From the IMG/VR virus record IMGVR_UViG_3300030103_005599: a DNA stretch of 64,000 bases; one strand, 5' to 3'. Both the position numbers and the translations under genes were made by a program. Below the pieces are notes generated by a model. That model searched no databases, had not been told where the DNA came from, and was given only the letters and a program-made list of their open reading frames with translations. This DNA is from an uncultured virus (IMG/VR IMGVR_UViG_3300030103_005599). Lineage: Duplodnaviria > Heunggongvirae > Uroviricota > Caudoviricetes. Numbering within the stretch: position 1 is the stretch's first letter; each line of letters starts with the position of its first letter. Shown in pieces: positions 44,592 to 53,475 of this stretch.

Positions 44592-44891
44592 TTATATTCC
44601 TAGATCACGTAGTAGGTTTTCTTTCTTGGGCAACTGAATCGTTGTTCCTGGTTTGAAATCGTATATTGGATCCTCTAATTGATCTGGATTACGTTGAGCA
44701 AACACCCAAAAAAGTCTCGGTGATCCATATAGGTCGTATGCAAGTAAGTCAGGCCTAAAAGCATATGTTCTTTCTATAGTGTAACTTTGATCGTCTTGCT
44801 CCGCAGTTATTGTTCTGGGATTTAAAATATCTAAATAGTCTCCAACTTCCGCTGTTTCAAAATAAGGTGATGTGTTAGAATACTTTGCCAT
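44592..44891 (-). CDS. Baseplate wedge protein (T4 gp53-like, LysM-like)
   Basis: RPDLLAYDLYG...WVFAQRN...DPIYDF.PG..I.LP. Confidence 0.85.
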   Translation of the reverse strand: MAKYSNTSPYFETAEVGDYLDILNPRTITAEQDDQSYTIERTYAFRPDLLAYDLYGSPRLFWVFAQRNPDQLEDPIYDFKPGTTIQLPKKENLLRDLGI

Positions 44892-45724
44892 TAGATGAAT
44901 CCTATTTCGTTAGTCCCTTTTCCGTTAAGTTCTCCATTCACAAATTTTTTCATTGAAAAATTCTTGACACTATCTCTAGAGTAGATAGGAGTGACTAGAA
45001 CAGAAATGTTCGAAAGCGTTGGTGCCCATGATTGAGACTCACCTGTACCGTTTAGGTAAAAACCAGCGTCTGGTCCTGTAAGTTGTCTATATGGACTTGC
45101 TTCTTGTTTTGTTGATATGTAGTCAATGCCTGGTCTAAGTTCAACGTTGAAAGTATTGATTACAACCGGAACCTTGTTAAACATATTATCACCATAACCA
45201 TATAAATGCATGATAGGTGGCGGATTTCCTTTTAGTCCTGAACTGCCTTCCTCTGTTCCAAAAAACATTTTTGTAGCAGTCCTTAAAAAGTTTACCGTTG
45301 CAACCCAATGTTTGGCATCCTCATAATTTTGAACAGGAAATTCACCAATGATGTTTATTTGATCTACTTGTGAGTTTTGATATGCCTGGTGTGGAAAATT
45401 ACTGTGAACCATGTCCATTGCATTATAGTTTGCCGAATGCTGTATTACCATTGCCGGAGTCAATGGCCAAAAAATACCGTTTGAATCTGACAAAGGTTTC
45501 ATTAATGGATTATTTTCAAAATCAAAAAACTGCCTTAATGGGCCATTAGGCACTTGTAGTCGTACCCGCCAGTCAGTCTTGTCACTACGTGAACTCCATT
45601 TTGCTCGTGATTGCACAATCCTGGAATCTGTGCTGATTCCTGCGCCTGTCAATCTTGCCAGTGTCTTGTTAATGGCTCCTCCCGCCACTTTTTTTACCGC
45701 TTGTCCTATTGCTCTGAATACCAT
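44891..45724 (-). CDS. Tail tube initiator / baseplate protein (gp48/gp54-like)
   Basis: WP.TP, PPP...LYGYG...F..VPVVI..F; upstream of gp53-like. Confidence 0.6.
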   Translation of the reverse strand: MVFRAIGQAVKKVAGGAINKTLARLTGAGISTDSRIVQSRAKWSSRSDKTDWRVRLQVPNGPLRQFFDFENNPLMKPLSDSNGIFWPLTPAMVIQHSANYNAMDMVHSNFPHQAYQNSQVDQINIIGEFPVQNYEDAKHWVATVNFLRTATKMFFGTEEGSSGLKGNPPPIMHLYGYGDNMFNKVPVVINTFNVELRPGIDYISTKQEASPYRQLTGPDAGFYLNGTGESQSWAPTLSNISVLVTPIYSRDSVKNFSMKKFVNGELNGKGTNEIGFI

Positions 45725-45731
45725 GTTTAGG

Positions 45732-45760
45732 TTGCTTTTCCTTCTAAAATTTCGTATACT
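45732..45760 (+). promoter_or_regulatory. Sigma70-type promoter TTGCTT-N17-TATACT for the gp55-47-46 operon
   Basis: Hexamers at 45732-45737 and 45755-45760. Confidence 0.55.
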
Positions 45761-45767
45761 TTAACTA

Positions 45768-45775
45768 TATTTATA
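45768..45775 (-). promoter_or_regulatory. T4-type late promoter TATAAATA for the tail/baseplate operon
   Basis: Exact match 43 nt upstream of the 45724 start. Confidence 0.7.
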
Positions 45776-45865
45776 GGCACAATTCTAGGCGCACTTAATA
45801 ACCCATACGGCACGATTACAACAGACCTGTTTGTGGTCACTTTTACAACACATTATTGGAGAAAT

Positions 45866-46846
45866 ATGAAAAGAGTAAAATACCTGAATAACAGAGATCT
45901 GTTGGCACAGATACACGCCAGCAAAAACACCTACTGCTCCTACGTGAGCCAGGAGGACTCGCAGTACGATATAATTGTGCCAAACCTTAAAAAAATAAAT
46001 GTGAGAACAATCGCAGAGGCCAAAAAAAACAAAGCCAAACGATTGACACAAGAAGCATGGGAGGCCGCCAAAGCCGCTGGCATGAAAAAGATCAAACTTG
46101 CAGATTACACAATATCGCCAAGGAAGATAGACAAGACTGATCTAGTTTTCCGTGTGATGATGTTCGACCACATACCCATGGACGACACACGTAAGAAGAA
46201 TCCAAAGCAAACAGCAGACCATCATTCAAAAGTAAACTTTCCACCGTTTCAGCATTTCAGGTTAGACAAAAAAGCAAAGCCAAAATGTGTGGGCAAAAGC
46301 CATTGGGTTGGAGGAATGGACAACGGTTATTTTTCTGCCGACCATGGCAAAATGACAAATCAACTTGCACTGATGTACATGAAGTTGTGTGAGAGATATG
46401 GCACGAGAGCAAACTGGAGAGGATACACATACAATGACGAGATGCAGTCACAAGCGTTGATGCAGTTGAGTCAGATAGGTTTGCAATTCGACGAGTCAAA
46501 ATCGGATAATCCATTTGCATACTACACTGCCGCAATAACAAATAGTTTCACAAGGATATTGAATATTGAGAAGAAGAATCAGGCGATAAGGGATGACCTT
46601 TTAGAGTTCAACGGCATGATGCCAAGTTTCACAAGGCAAAACGAAAATGAAACTGCAGGACCGTCCTATCAAAAAAGAATGAAGACTGCACACGGTGAGG
46701 CTAAAATTGTTAACAAGACAGGCATAGCCAAGTTAAATAGAAAGTTGAAAAAAACAGGAAAATTACAGTCTGACGATTTCCAAGAGGTCAACTACAAAAA
46801 AGTAGATATGACCAATCACAAACCAATAGTAAAAAAGAAATGGTAG
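45866..46846 (+). CDS. Late-transcription sigma factor (T4 gp55-like)
   Basis: YLNNRDL, NWRGYTY.DEM, FDESKSDNPFAYYT; GGAGA RBS before ATG 45866; next to gp47/46. Confidence 0.85.
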   Translation: MKRVKYLNNRDLLAQIHASKNTYCSYVSQEDSQYDIIVPNLKKINVRTIAEAKKNKAKRLTQEAWEAAKAAGMKKIKLADYTISPRKIDKTDLVFRVMMFDHIPMDDTRKKNPKQTADHHSKVNFPPFQHFRLDKKAKPKCVGKSHWVGGMDNGYFSADHGKMTNQLALMYMKLCERYGTRANWRGYTYNDEMQSQALMQLSQIGLQFDESKSDNPFAYYTAAITNSFTRILNIEKKNQAIRDDLLEFNGMMPSFTRQNENETAGPSYQKRMKTAHGEAKIVNKTGIAKLNRKLKKTGKLQSDDFQEVNYKKVDMTNHKPIVKKKW

Positions 46847-46849
46847 CCA

Positions 46850-47872
46850 ATGGCATTTTTTAAAAAGGTAGCGTGTTTTACAGATATACATTTCGGAATG
46901 AAAGGCAACAGTCGTGTACATAATGACGACTGTGAGGCATTCATCTATTGGTTTATAGAACAGGCCAAAGCACATGGTTGCGAAACATGTATATTCTTAG
47001 GTGATTGGCATCACCACAGGGCCAGCACAAATGTTTCAACAATGAACTATACAGTGTCAAACATGGAACGTTTAGGAAAGGCATTTGAAAAAGTTTATGT
47101 GTTGATGGGTAATCATGACCTATTTTACAGAGAGAAAAGAGAAATCAATTCAATGGAGTTTATCAGAAACATTCCAAACATACATCTTGTTAACGAATGG
47201 ATAGTCGAAGATGATGTGGCACTGATCCCGTGGATTGTAGGTGACGAGTATAAAAAGATTCAAAAAATGAAACAACAATATGTGTTTGGTCATTTCGAAC
47301 TGCCATATTTCAAAATGAATGCTATGGTAGAAATGCCTGACGTGGGTGGAATACAGACCGAACATTTTGCTAATTGCGAACAGGTGTTCTCAGGACACTT
47401 TCACAAAAGACAAGTAATGAAGAATGTCACATACATGGGCAATGCATTTCCACACAATTACGCAGACGCCGGAGACGACGAACGTGGAATGATGATCATT
47501 GAGATGGGTGGCAAACCCAAGTACATAAACTGGCCAGACATGCCAAGATACAGGACACTGAAGATAAGTCAATTGCTACAAGATCCAGACAAATTCCTTA
47601 AACCAAAAATGTATGTGCGTGTAAGCCTAGATATAAAAATAAGTTATGAAGAGGCAAATTTCATACGTGAAACTTTTATGGACAAATACCAATTGAGAGA
47701 ACTACAACTAATACCAGAACAGATTGATCAGGCGCAACAGCCGTTGGTCGAGGTGCAAAAATTTGACAGTGTTGATCAAATTGTTGTCAAGCAGTTACAA
47801 GGGGTTGATTCTGAAGTTTACGACAAAAACATATTAACAGCAATTTACAATGATTTAGATGTCGAGAATTAG
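46850..47872 (+). CDS. Recombination nuclease (T4 gp47 / Mre11-SbcD-like)
   Basis: DIHFG, GDWHH, GNHD, GHFE, SGHFH metallophosphoesterase motifs. Confidence 0.92.
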   Translation: MAFFKKVACFTDIHFGMKGNSRVHNDDCEAFIYWFIEQAKAHGCETCIFLGDWHHHRASTNVSTMNYTVSNMERLGKAFEKVYVLMGNHDLFYREKREINSMEFIRNIPNIHLVNEWIVEDDVALIPWIVGDEYKKIQKMKQQYVFGHFELPYFKMNAMVEMPDVGGIQTEHFANCEQVFSGHFHKRQVMKNVTYMGNAFPHNYADAGDDERGMMIIEMGGKPKYINWPDMPRYRTLKISQLLQDPDKFLKPKMYVRVSLDIKISYEEANFIRETFMDKYQLRELQLIPEQIDQAQQPLVEVQKFDSVDQIVVKQLQGVDSEVYDKNILTAIYNDLDVEN

Positions 47873-48026
47873 TAAAAAGAAATTGATAAAAGTATTAAAG
47901 GGCGAATATGAGGAGCCAACTTGGAATAAAAAATCCTTGTTAGAATATCTAGCGAAACCTGTGACACAGGAAGAGTGGCTGAAAGGATATAACGAATGGA
48001 AGAAGAAACAACTTGCTAACGATTAA
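47859..48026 (+). CDS. Small hypothetical protein (55 aa)
   Basis: Read by hand: MSRISKKKLIKVLKGEYEEPTW...KQLAND*; fills the gp47-gp46 gap and overlaps both. Confidence 0.6.
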   Translation: MSRISKKKLIKVLKGEYEEPTWNKKSLLEYLAKPVTQEEWLKGYNEWKKKQLAND

Positions 48027-49788
48027 AGAACTTACAGTAAAAAACTTCATGAGCGTGGGCAATCAGGCCCAGGCAATTGACTTCTCAAATAAAAGTCTTG
48101 TCCTCGTAATTGGTGAAAACATGGACCTTGGCGGTGACGACGCCGGTGCCAGAAACGGAACAGGTAAAACTACAATTATAAACGCATTAAGTTATGTGTT
48201 CTTTGGCGAAGCACTCACAAACATCAGAAGAGACAATCTTGTAAACAAGACTAACGAAAAAGGTATGTTAGTTGCTGTTAAGTTTATAAAAAACGGAATA
48301 ACCTACACAATAGAAAGAGGTAGGAAACCACAGATATTTAGATTCTACGCCAACGACATAGAACAAAAAACAGATAGTAATGAAGCACAAGGTGAGAACA
48401 GAGAAACACAGGTGGAAATTAACAAATTAATGGGTATGACTCATGCCATGTTCAAAAACATCATAGCACTGAACACATATACGCAACCGTTCCTATCAAC
48501 AAAACAAGCAGAGCAAAGAGAAATAATAGAACAATTACTAGGAATAACACTTCTTTCACAAAAAGCAGACCTTCTAAAAGAAAAACAGAAAACAACCAAA
48601 CAAATGCTTACAGAAGAAAAATTGAAACTTGATGCAATGATGTCTTCCAATGAAAAAATACAGGAGTCAATTGAGAGTTTGAAAATAAGATCAAATGCAT
48701 GGATAAAGCAGAAAGATGACGATGTAGCCAATTTCAAAGATGCAATAGCAGAACTTGAAAAAGTTGATATCAAAAAAGAATTAGAAGCACACAAAAAATT
48801 ACAGACACACAACGAAATGCAGACAGCACTGCGTGGTCTAGAAAAAGAAAAAGCATATCACGAAAACAGTTTGACTAAAGCAGAAAGCAACGTTGAAAAA
48901 ACAAGAGCAGATCTACAATTTTCAGAACAACAAAAATGTCCAACATGCGAACAGGAACTGCACGACGACAAACACACACATCTGCAGGACAAACTTAAAA
49001 AACAACTTACAGAATCTACCGACTACGCTACACAACTACAAAACGATCTTGCAAAAATACAACAGGGCATAGACGAGATAGGCGATATAGGACAAATACC
49101 CGATACGTACTACGACACAATAGACGAGGCATACAACCACAAAGGATCACTGCAAGATCTAAAAAGACAGTTGGACAGAACGGAAAAACAACAGAACACC
49201 TATGCAGAACAGATAGAAGAACTAGAGAAAAAAGCCATACAAAAAATTGATTATGAAAAGGCAAACGAATTGGAAGATCTACATAGACACCAAGACTTCC
49301 TTTACAAATTATTAACTGCAAAAGACAGTTTTATAAGAACAAGGATTATAGAACAAAACTTAACCTACCTAAACCAAAGACTAGCATTCTTCTTGGGCAA
49401 AGTAAAATTGCCACACACAGTTACATTCCAAGCAGACCTAAGTGTGCGTATTGAGGAACTAGGCAGAGAACTAGATTTTGACAATCTGAGCAGAGGTGAA
49501 AGAAACAGGCTAATACTCAGCATGAGTTGGGCATTCAGAGATGTATGGGAAAGTTTATATCAACAGATCAACTTGCTCTTTATTGACGAACTTATAGATG
49601 CAGGTATGGATGTATCCGGAGTTGAAAGTTCTATGGCAGTCCTTAAAGACATGTCGAGAACACAGAAGAAAAATATATTCCTTATATCACACAAAGACGA
49701 ATTAGTAAGCAGAGTTAATTCTGTATTAAAAGTGGTAAAAGAAAATGGCTTCACAAACTACGCAAATGACGTAGAAATTATAGTTTAA
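48013..49788 (+). CDS. Recombination ATPase (T4 gp46 / Rad50-SbcC-like)
   Basis: NGTGKTT Walker A, CPTC zinc hook, LSRGE signature, LFIDE Walker B, ISH. Confidence 0.93.
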   Translation: MLTIKELTVKNFMSVGNQAQAIDFSNKSLVLVIGENMDLGGDDAGARNGTGKTTIINALSYVFFGEALTNIRRDNLVNKTNEKGMLVAVKFIKNGITYTIERGRKPQIFRFYANDIEQKTDSNEAQGENRETQVEINKLMGMTHAMFKNIIALNTYTQPFLSTKQAEQREIIEQLLGITLLSQKADLLKEKQKTTKQMLTEEKLKLDAMMSSNEKIQESIESLKIRSNAWIKQKDDDVANFKDAIAELEKVDIKKELEAHKKLQTHNEMQTALRGLEKEKAYHENSLTKAESNVEKTRADLQFSEQQKCPTCEQELHDDKHTHLQDKLKKQLTESTDYATQLQNDLAKIQQGIDEIGDIGQIPDTYYDTIDEAYNHKGSLQDLKRQLDRTEKQQNTYAEQIEELEKKAIQKIDYEKANELEDLHRHQDFLYKLLTAKDSFIRTRIIEQNLTYLNQRLAFFLGKVKLPHTVTFQADLSVRIEELGRELDFDNLSRGERNRLILSMSWAFRDVWESLYQQINLLFIDELIDAGMDVSGVESSMAVLKDMSRTQKKNIFLISHKDELVSRVNSVLKVVKENGFTNYANDVEIIV

Positions 49789-50605
49789 TTTTTCCTAAAA
49801 TTTCTCCAACAGAATACAACTTACCAGATTTATCTTTTACTACGTAAAAAAACATAGTGGGAGTAAGATCTAATTTTTTACAAATTTGTTCGACAACATC
49901 GCCATACTTTTCCCAACCATAATCTCTGGGCAAATTGTCCATTAAAAAAGCACCAAAAGATGTTGTTAATTCTGGATATTTCTTTTGAGCACTAATAAGT
50001 GTGCAGGAGTCCATAGATCTTTGCCTGGACCAACGCAAACCTATTCTGTTCCATGAAAAATTATATTTGGATATGCTCATTGCAAAAGATTTTATGTTTG
50101 GATGATCAAAGTTTAGATTGAATCCCTTTGCGGCTGTTACCCACGCACAATCAACATGAATATCAATGCTCTTTTGTTCACACTCCTTCAAAACTGCTTC
50201 CCAGTCAGGTCTATCACCATAAAAATAATTTGGCAATGACACAATCAAAGGAACGTTGGGTTTTAGTTCGCCCGGCTTTGTAGGTTGTTTGCCCATTAGA
50301 GAATAGTAGGCATATTCCTTATCCAGGATTTGAATTTCCCATTTACGTTTGCTTACAAGACTTTCTATGAAGTGTGTGCAACCCATTATGATATCAACAC
50401 AGGGAAATTTTTCAATACCTTGTAAATTGTTCACCTTTGTACCCAAGAACCAAGCAGAGGCTTTTTCCACAAACTCTTCATGTCCGATTGGTTTTTGTTC
50501 TTCGGTATACCATTTTGTTTTGAGATCATAGAGAAAATTATCTTCGAGAGCCTTCAGTTGTACCGAATTAAGATCGGTAATTTTAATTTTTTCTATATCT
50601 AACAT
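49778..50605 (-). CDS. PLP-dependent transferase-like protein
   Basis: IHVDCAW and SISKY...RIG motifs; start set at MLDIE (50605). Confidence 0.6.
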   Translation of the reverse strand: MLDIEKIKITDLNSVQLKALEDNFLYDLKTKWYTEEQKPIGHEEFVEKASAWFLGTKVNNLQGIEKFPCVDIIMGCTHFIESLVSKRKWEIQILDKEYAYYSLMGKQPTKPGELKPNVPLIVSLPNYFYGDRPDWEAVLKECEQKSIDIHVDCAWVTAAKGFNLNFDHPNIKSFAMSISKYNFSWNRIGLRWSRQRSMDSCTLISAQKKYPELTTSFGAFLMDNLPRDYGWEKYGDVVEQICKKLDLTPTMFFYVVKDKSGKLYSVGEILGKIKL

Positions 50606-50625
50606 ATCTTTACCAAAAAAAACAT

Positions 50626-50655
50626 TTGACAAACCACTTCTTTAGTGCTTAAATT
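50626..50655 (+). promoter_or_regulatory. Sigma70-type promoter TTGACA-N17/18-(T)TAAAT(T)
   Basis: TTGACA at 50626-50631 upstream of the Hc1-like gene (RBS GGAAGGA). Confidence 0.55.
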
Positions 50656-50705
50656 ACACATATGTTAATTAATTATATCGTACGACAATAGGAAGGAAAA
50701 AACAT

Positions 50706-50894
50706 ATGTCACAAACACATGAACAGATCATGACAGAAATACAAACTTATTCAGAAGAAAATGGAAAGTTCGTAGACAAGGGCGTAAAGGCTTCTGCAAC
50801 AAGAGCCAGAAAAGCACTTGCTAATCTTTCAAAATTGATCAAAGCAAGAAGAAAAGAAATTCAAGAAGTTAAAAACGCGGCAAAAACTGCGTAA
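50706..50894 (+). CDS. Small basic histone H1-like (Hc1-type) protein
   Basis: KGVKASATRARKAL..L.KLIK.RRKEIQ. Confidence 0.7.
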   Translation: MSQTHEQIMTEIQTYSEENGKFVDKGVKASATRARKALANLSKLIKARRKEIQEVKNAAKTA

Positions 50895-50921
50895 CGATTT
50901 TTGGATTTGCAAAACCAAAAT

Positions 50922-50952
50922 GCCCTCGGCTAGGATTAGTCGGGGGTTTTTT
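50922..50952 (+). terminator. Rho-independent terminator
   Basis: GCCCTCGGCTA-GGAT-TAGTCGGGGGT followed by a T-run, after the Hc1-like gene. Confidence 0.8.
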
Positions 50953-51535
50953 ATTCGAACCTAGCAAATATACTTTTACGTTCTCCGGAAACAACAGGTC
51001 CAGACATTCCATGATACGAAGGACCGGCATTGAATAAGCAATAACCAAAATTGCTTTTGTATTTTGCACTGTCATACATCACATAGTCCTCACCATCTTT
51101 TTCCCATAAAACCGTAGGAGGTTGATCCTCATCATTTAGATATATCTGTAATTGCATCTGATAATCACCATCTATGTGTGGGACTATCTGATAGCCTTGT
51201 GTGTCAAACCACATGTCTGTGGTTTTTGGCCGTAATGATTCGCAATGAAATTGTTCCTTTAATGCATTAATAATCTTGGACGAATGGAAAAATATCTGCA
51301 ACATTTTTGATGAAGGTTCATTGTAGTCTACCCTTCTTCTGTTTTGATCTTCCTGCCATTGTAACAACGATAGTTTTACTTCATTGCTTTTGACTTCTTG
51401 CAAATCTTTTAGAAATAAAGGGTCAAAAAAATTTTCGTAAATCTGATATCTTACCCCTTTATGTTCTCTGACAGGTGTGTTCCTTATAGTTTGCTCTACG
51501 AAGTCTACGCTTTGTTTGAAGTTTTCTGTGATCAC
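50951..51535 (-). CDS. 2OG-Fe(II) oxygenase
   Basis: PHID, QIYLN, YHGM, RKSI. Confidence 0.75.
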   Translation of the reverse strand: MITENFKQSVDFVEQTIRNTPVREHKGVRYQIYENFFDPLFLKDLQEVKSNEVKLSLLQWQEDQNRRRVDYNEPSSKMLQIFFHSSKIINALKEQFHCESLRPKTTDMWFDTQGYQIVPHIDGDYQMQLQIYLNDEDQPPTVLWEKDGEDYVMYDSAKYKSNFGYCLFNAGPSYHGMSGPVVSGERKSIFARFE

Positions 51536-52596
51536 TTGTATTCCTTTTCTAATCCGACCGGGCGTGTTGGAAAGTAATCTTGTTTTCCACCAAGTCTACG
51601 CACATCTGTGCTCATGCAATGGAATCCGGCGTCCCAAAATCCTCTGGTTGGGTGATCAATTAGGTGAGGTGTGATTCCTTCCTTGTGCAGTATTTCTAAT
51701 ATTGTATCATCCTCACAAAAACATATAACGTTTTTTTCGTCTATAACCAAACAGTTTACGTCAAATATAGTTTCGGTAGAATCTCCTGTCCAATGTCTCA
51801 CCTTGTCCATTATGTGTTTGTTAAACACAGGAGAGTGATAAAAATTATCAGGAATCCACCATTTATGGAACTCCGGCATCACTTTGGATTTCTTTGCATT
51901 TTCTAATCTTTGTATTGTAACATCGGGTAACCAATGCACACGCCACCCAGGGAACGTTTGGTCGTATATTTCCTTCTCTCCGTAGTGTGTTGATATTATC
52001 ACTCCCTCCTTTACCGGACAGAATACACCGTCTGCGTGTCCCCCAAAGTGTAGTAAATGCCTCCTATACCCTTCTCCTAAATTTTTAAATCCTTCTGTGC
52101 AATTTCTTAATTGCCTTGGAGAATTTTGCTCGAGGGCGACATCGTAGTACAGATCATGCCCCATCCTGACGACCTCTCCATACCCTACCCAAGCATACGG
52201 TTTGCTACGGTCTACCATGTGTACGTTCTCACCTTTGCTTTGATATTCTTCTATGACCTTTTTGTATGGATTGATCTTCCACCCATGGTCCAAGAAATAA
52301 AGTGTGTCAGAAAGGCACATAGCAAAGTCTCGAGGAGACATGGGAGGTTTTATCAGCATGTCATTCTTGTCTCTGTAATTGCTGGAATCTGTGTCGAACT
52401 CGGGTTTCCGCACAATGACATTATGGTCAACAAGCACCTTTTCCATCTTGGATAGTGTTGCCATTGTGTCCTCTGTTAGCCTATGAAAACATTCTTGCAG
52501 TTGTGTGTCGAGGTTGTCATAGAATCCAACGGGATATGGTGATCCCAACCACACCTCTTGTAGAGGTTGAAAATCTGTATGGCAATCAATTATCAT
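51532..52596 (-). CDS. Amidinotransferase-family protein
   Basis: FQPLQEVWLG, PRD, GHADG, FDVN.LVID, WDAGFHCMS.D..R. Confidence 0.8.
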   Translation of the reverse strand: MIIDCHTDFQPLQEVWLGSPYPVGFYDNLDTQLQECFHRLTEDTMATLSKMEKVLVDHNVIVRKPEFDTDSSNYRDKNDMLIKPPMSPRDFAMCLSDTLYFLDHGWKINPYKKVIEEYQSKGENVHMVDRSKPYAWVGYGEVVRMGHDLYYDVALEQNSPRQLRNCTEGFKNLGEGYRRHLLHFGGHADGVFCPVKEGVIISTHYGEKEIYDQTFPGWRVHWLPDVTIQRLENAKKSKVMPEFHKWWIPDNFYHSPVFNKHIMDKVRHWTGDSTETIFDVNCLVIDEKNVICFCEDDTILEILHKEGITPHLIDHPTRGFWDAGFHCMSTDVRRLGGKQDYFPTRPVGLEKEYK

Positions 52597-52994
52597 TTTA
52601 AGATTCCTTTGCCATGTACACGCACCCTGATATGACCATTGTAATAATCGTTCGACTCAAGGACTTTTCTAGCAAACTGTTCCCTAGCCTCAATGTAGGA
52701 CAGTTGAGCCTTTGACCTACAGTAGAATAATATTTCACGAGTAAATTTTTCTTTTCCTAATTTTAAAATATCCAATGTCAGTTCGTCACTTGATCCATAA
52801 TATTCACGCCAGTCAGAATCTACACTGAACCGTCTCTTGTTTTTCCTGCCCTTTAAAGGAGGCCTGCTACGCTTGAAACGTGCCAACTTCTTTCCTATGT
52901 ACATCCTACCATTAGTTGTATTTGTGATTTGGTAAACAAAACCTACAACTCCTTCTGGTAATTCATCAACTTCTTTTTGCTCGTAAATCCACAT
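52593..52994 (-). CDS. Small GIY-YIG nuclease
   Basis: GFVYQITN..NGRMYIGKK, YYGSS, F.REIL, E...Q, YYN; ATG at 52994. Confidence 0.75.
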   Translation of the reverse strand: MWIYEQKEVDELPEGVVGFVYQITNTTNGRMYIGKKLARFKRSRPPLKGRKNKRRFSVDSDWREYYGSSDELTLDILKLGKEKFTREILFYCRSKAQLSYIEAREQFARKVLESNDYYNGHIRVRVHGKGILK

Positions 52995-53049
52995 TGCCAA
53001 TATTTAAAGCCAAAAAGATTGACCTTAAAATAAAACTCATATAAACAAG

Positions 53050-53455
53050 TGCGATAGGCACACAAACAACTCTTAAAAAATCTCAAAGGCAAACATAGCA
53101 TCCATGAAGTGAGCACGGAAATGCGGCAGAAATGCGACAGGTGAATCCGTTGATGCAAATGGCAAAAATGATCGGGGCTCTGAGAAAAAGCAACCCCAGG
53201 TCTATCATAGATTATTATACAAAGATATGATAGGCTCGCGTTGGATGAATAAGCGAATGGGTACAGCACAACCGCCCAGTTAAGACAGCATTGTATGATG
53301 ACTGCGAACTCACCACAGGGTTCAAGTCGGTTCGGCTAGAAATAGCCGAATTGTGACTGCTCATCTACCACAGGGGACGCAAAATTACGCGAAGCGTAAT
53401 TAAAAAAATAAACGAGCGTAAGCGAAGTTTCAGATGGCGTAAGCCGGCTGTTGAA
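53050..53455 (+). ncRNA. Putative structured non-coding RNA and/or replication-origin element
   Basis: No credible ORF in an otherwise gap-free genome; several stems with G-U pairs on the + strand, GAAA/GTAA loops, 22-nt direct repeat. Confidence 0.5.
53299..53375 (+). repeat. Imperfect 22-nt direct repeat pair TGACTGC-N6-ACCACAGGG
   Basis: TGACTGCGAACTCACCACAGGG 53299-53320 and TGACTGCTCATCTACCACAGGG 53354-53375. Confidence 0.75.
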
Positions 53456-53475
53456 TCTCATTAAGTATTAACACC

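Noticed and set aside
52593..52994. GIY-YIG gene as a mobile homing endonuclease
   Set aside because: Single catalytic domain with no DNA-binding extension and no host gene interruption, so not called as a mobile element
52943..53269. 108-aa minus-strand ORF over the structured region
   Set aside because: Atypical composition, overlaps the GIY-YIG start, no motifs; the region is better explained as non-coding
53299..53375. Repeat-spacer-repeat as a mini CRISPR array
   Set aside because: Only two imperfect copies, the spacer is itself a hairpin, and there are no cas genes in the window
53050..53455. tRNA, tmRNA or group I intron
   Set aside because: No cloverleaf or convincing T-arm/CCA, no interrupted gene, no recognisable intron core
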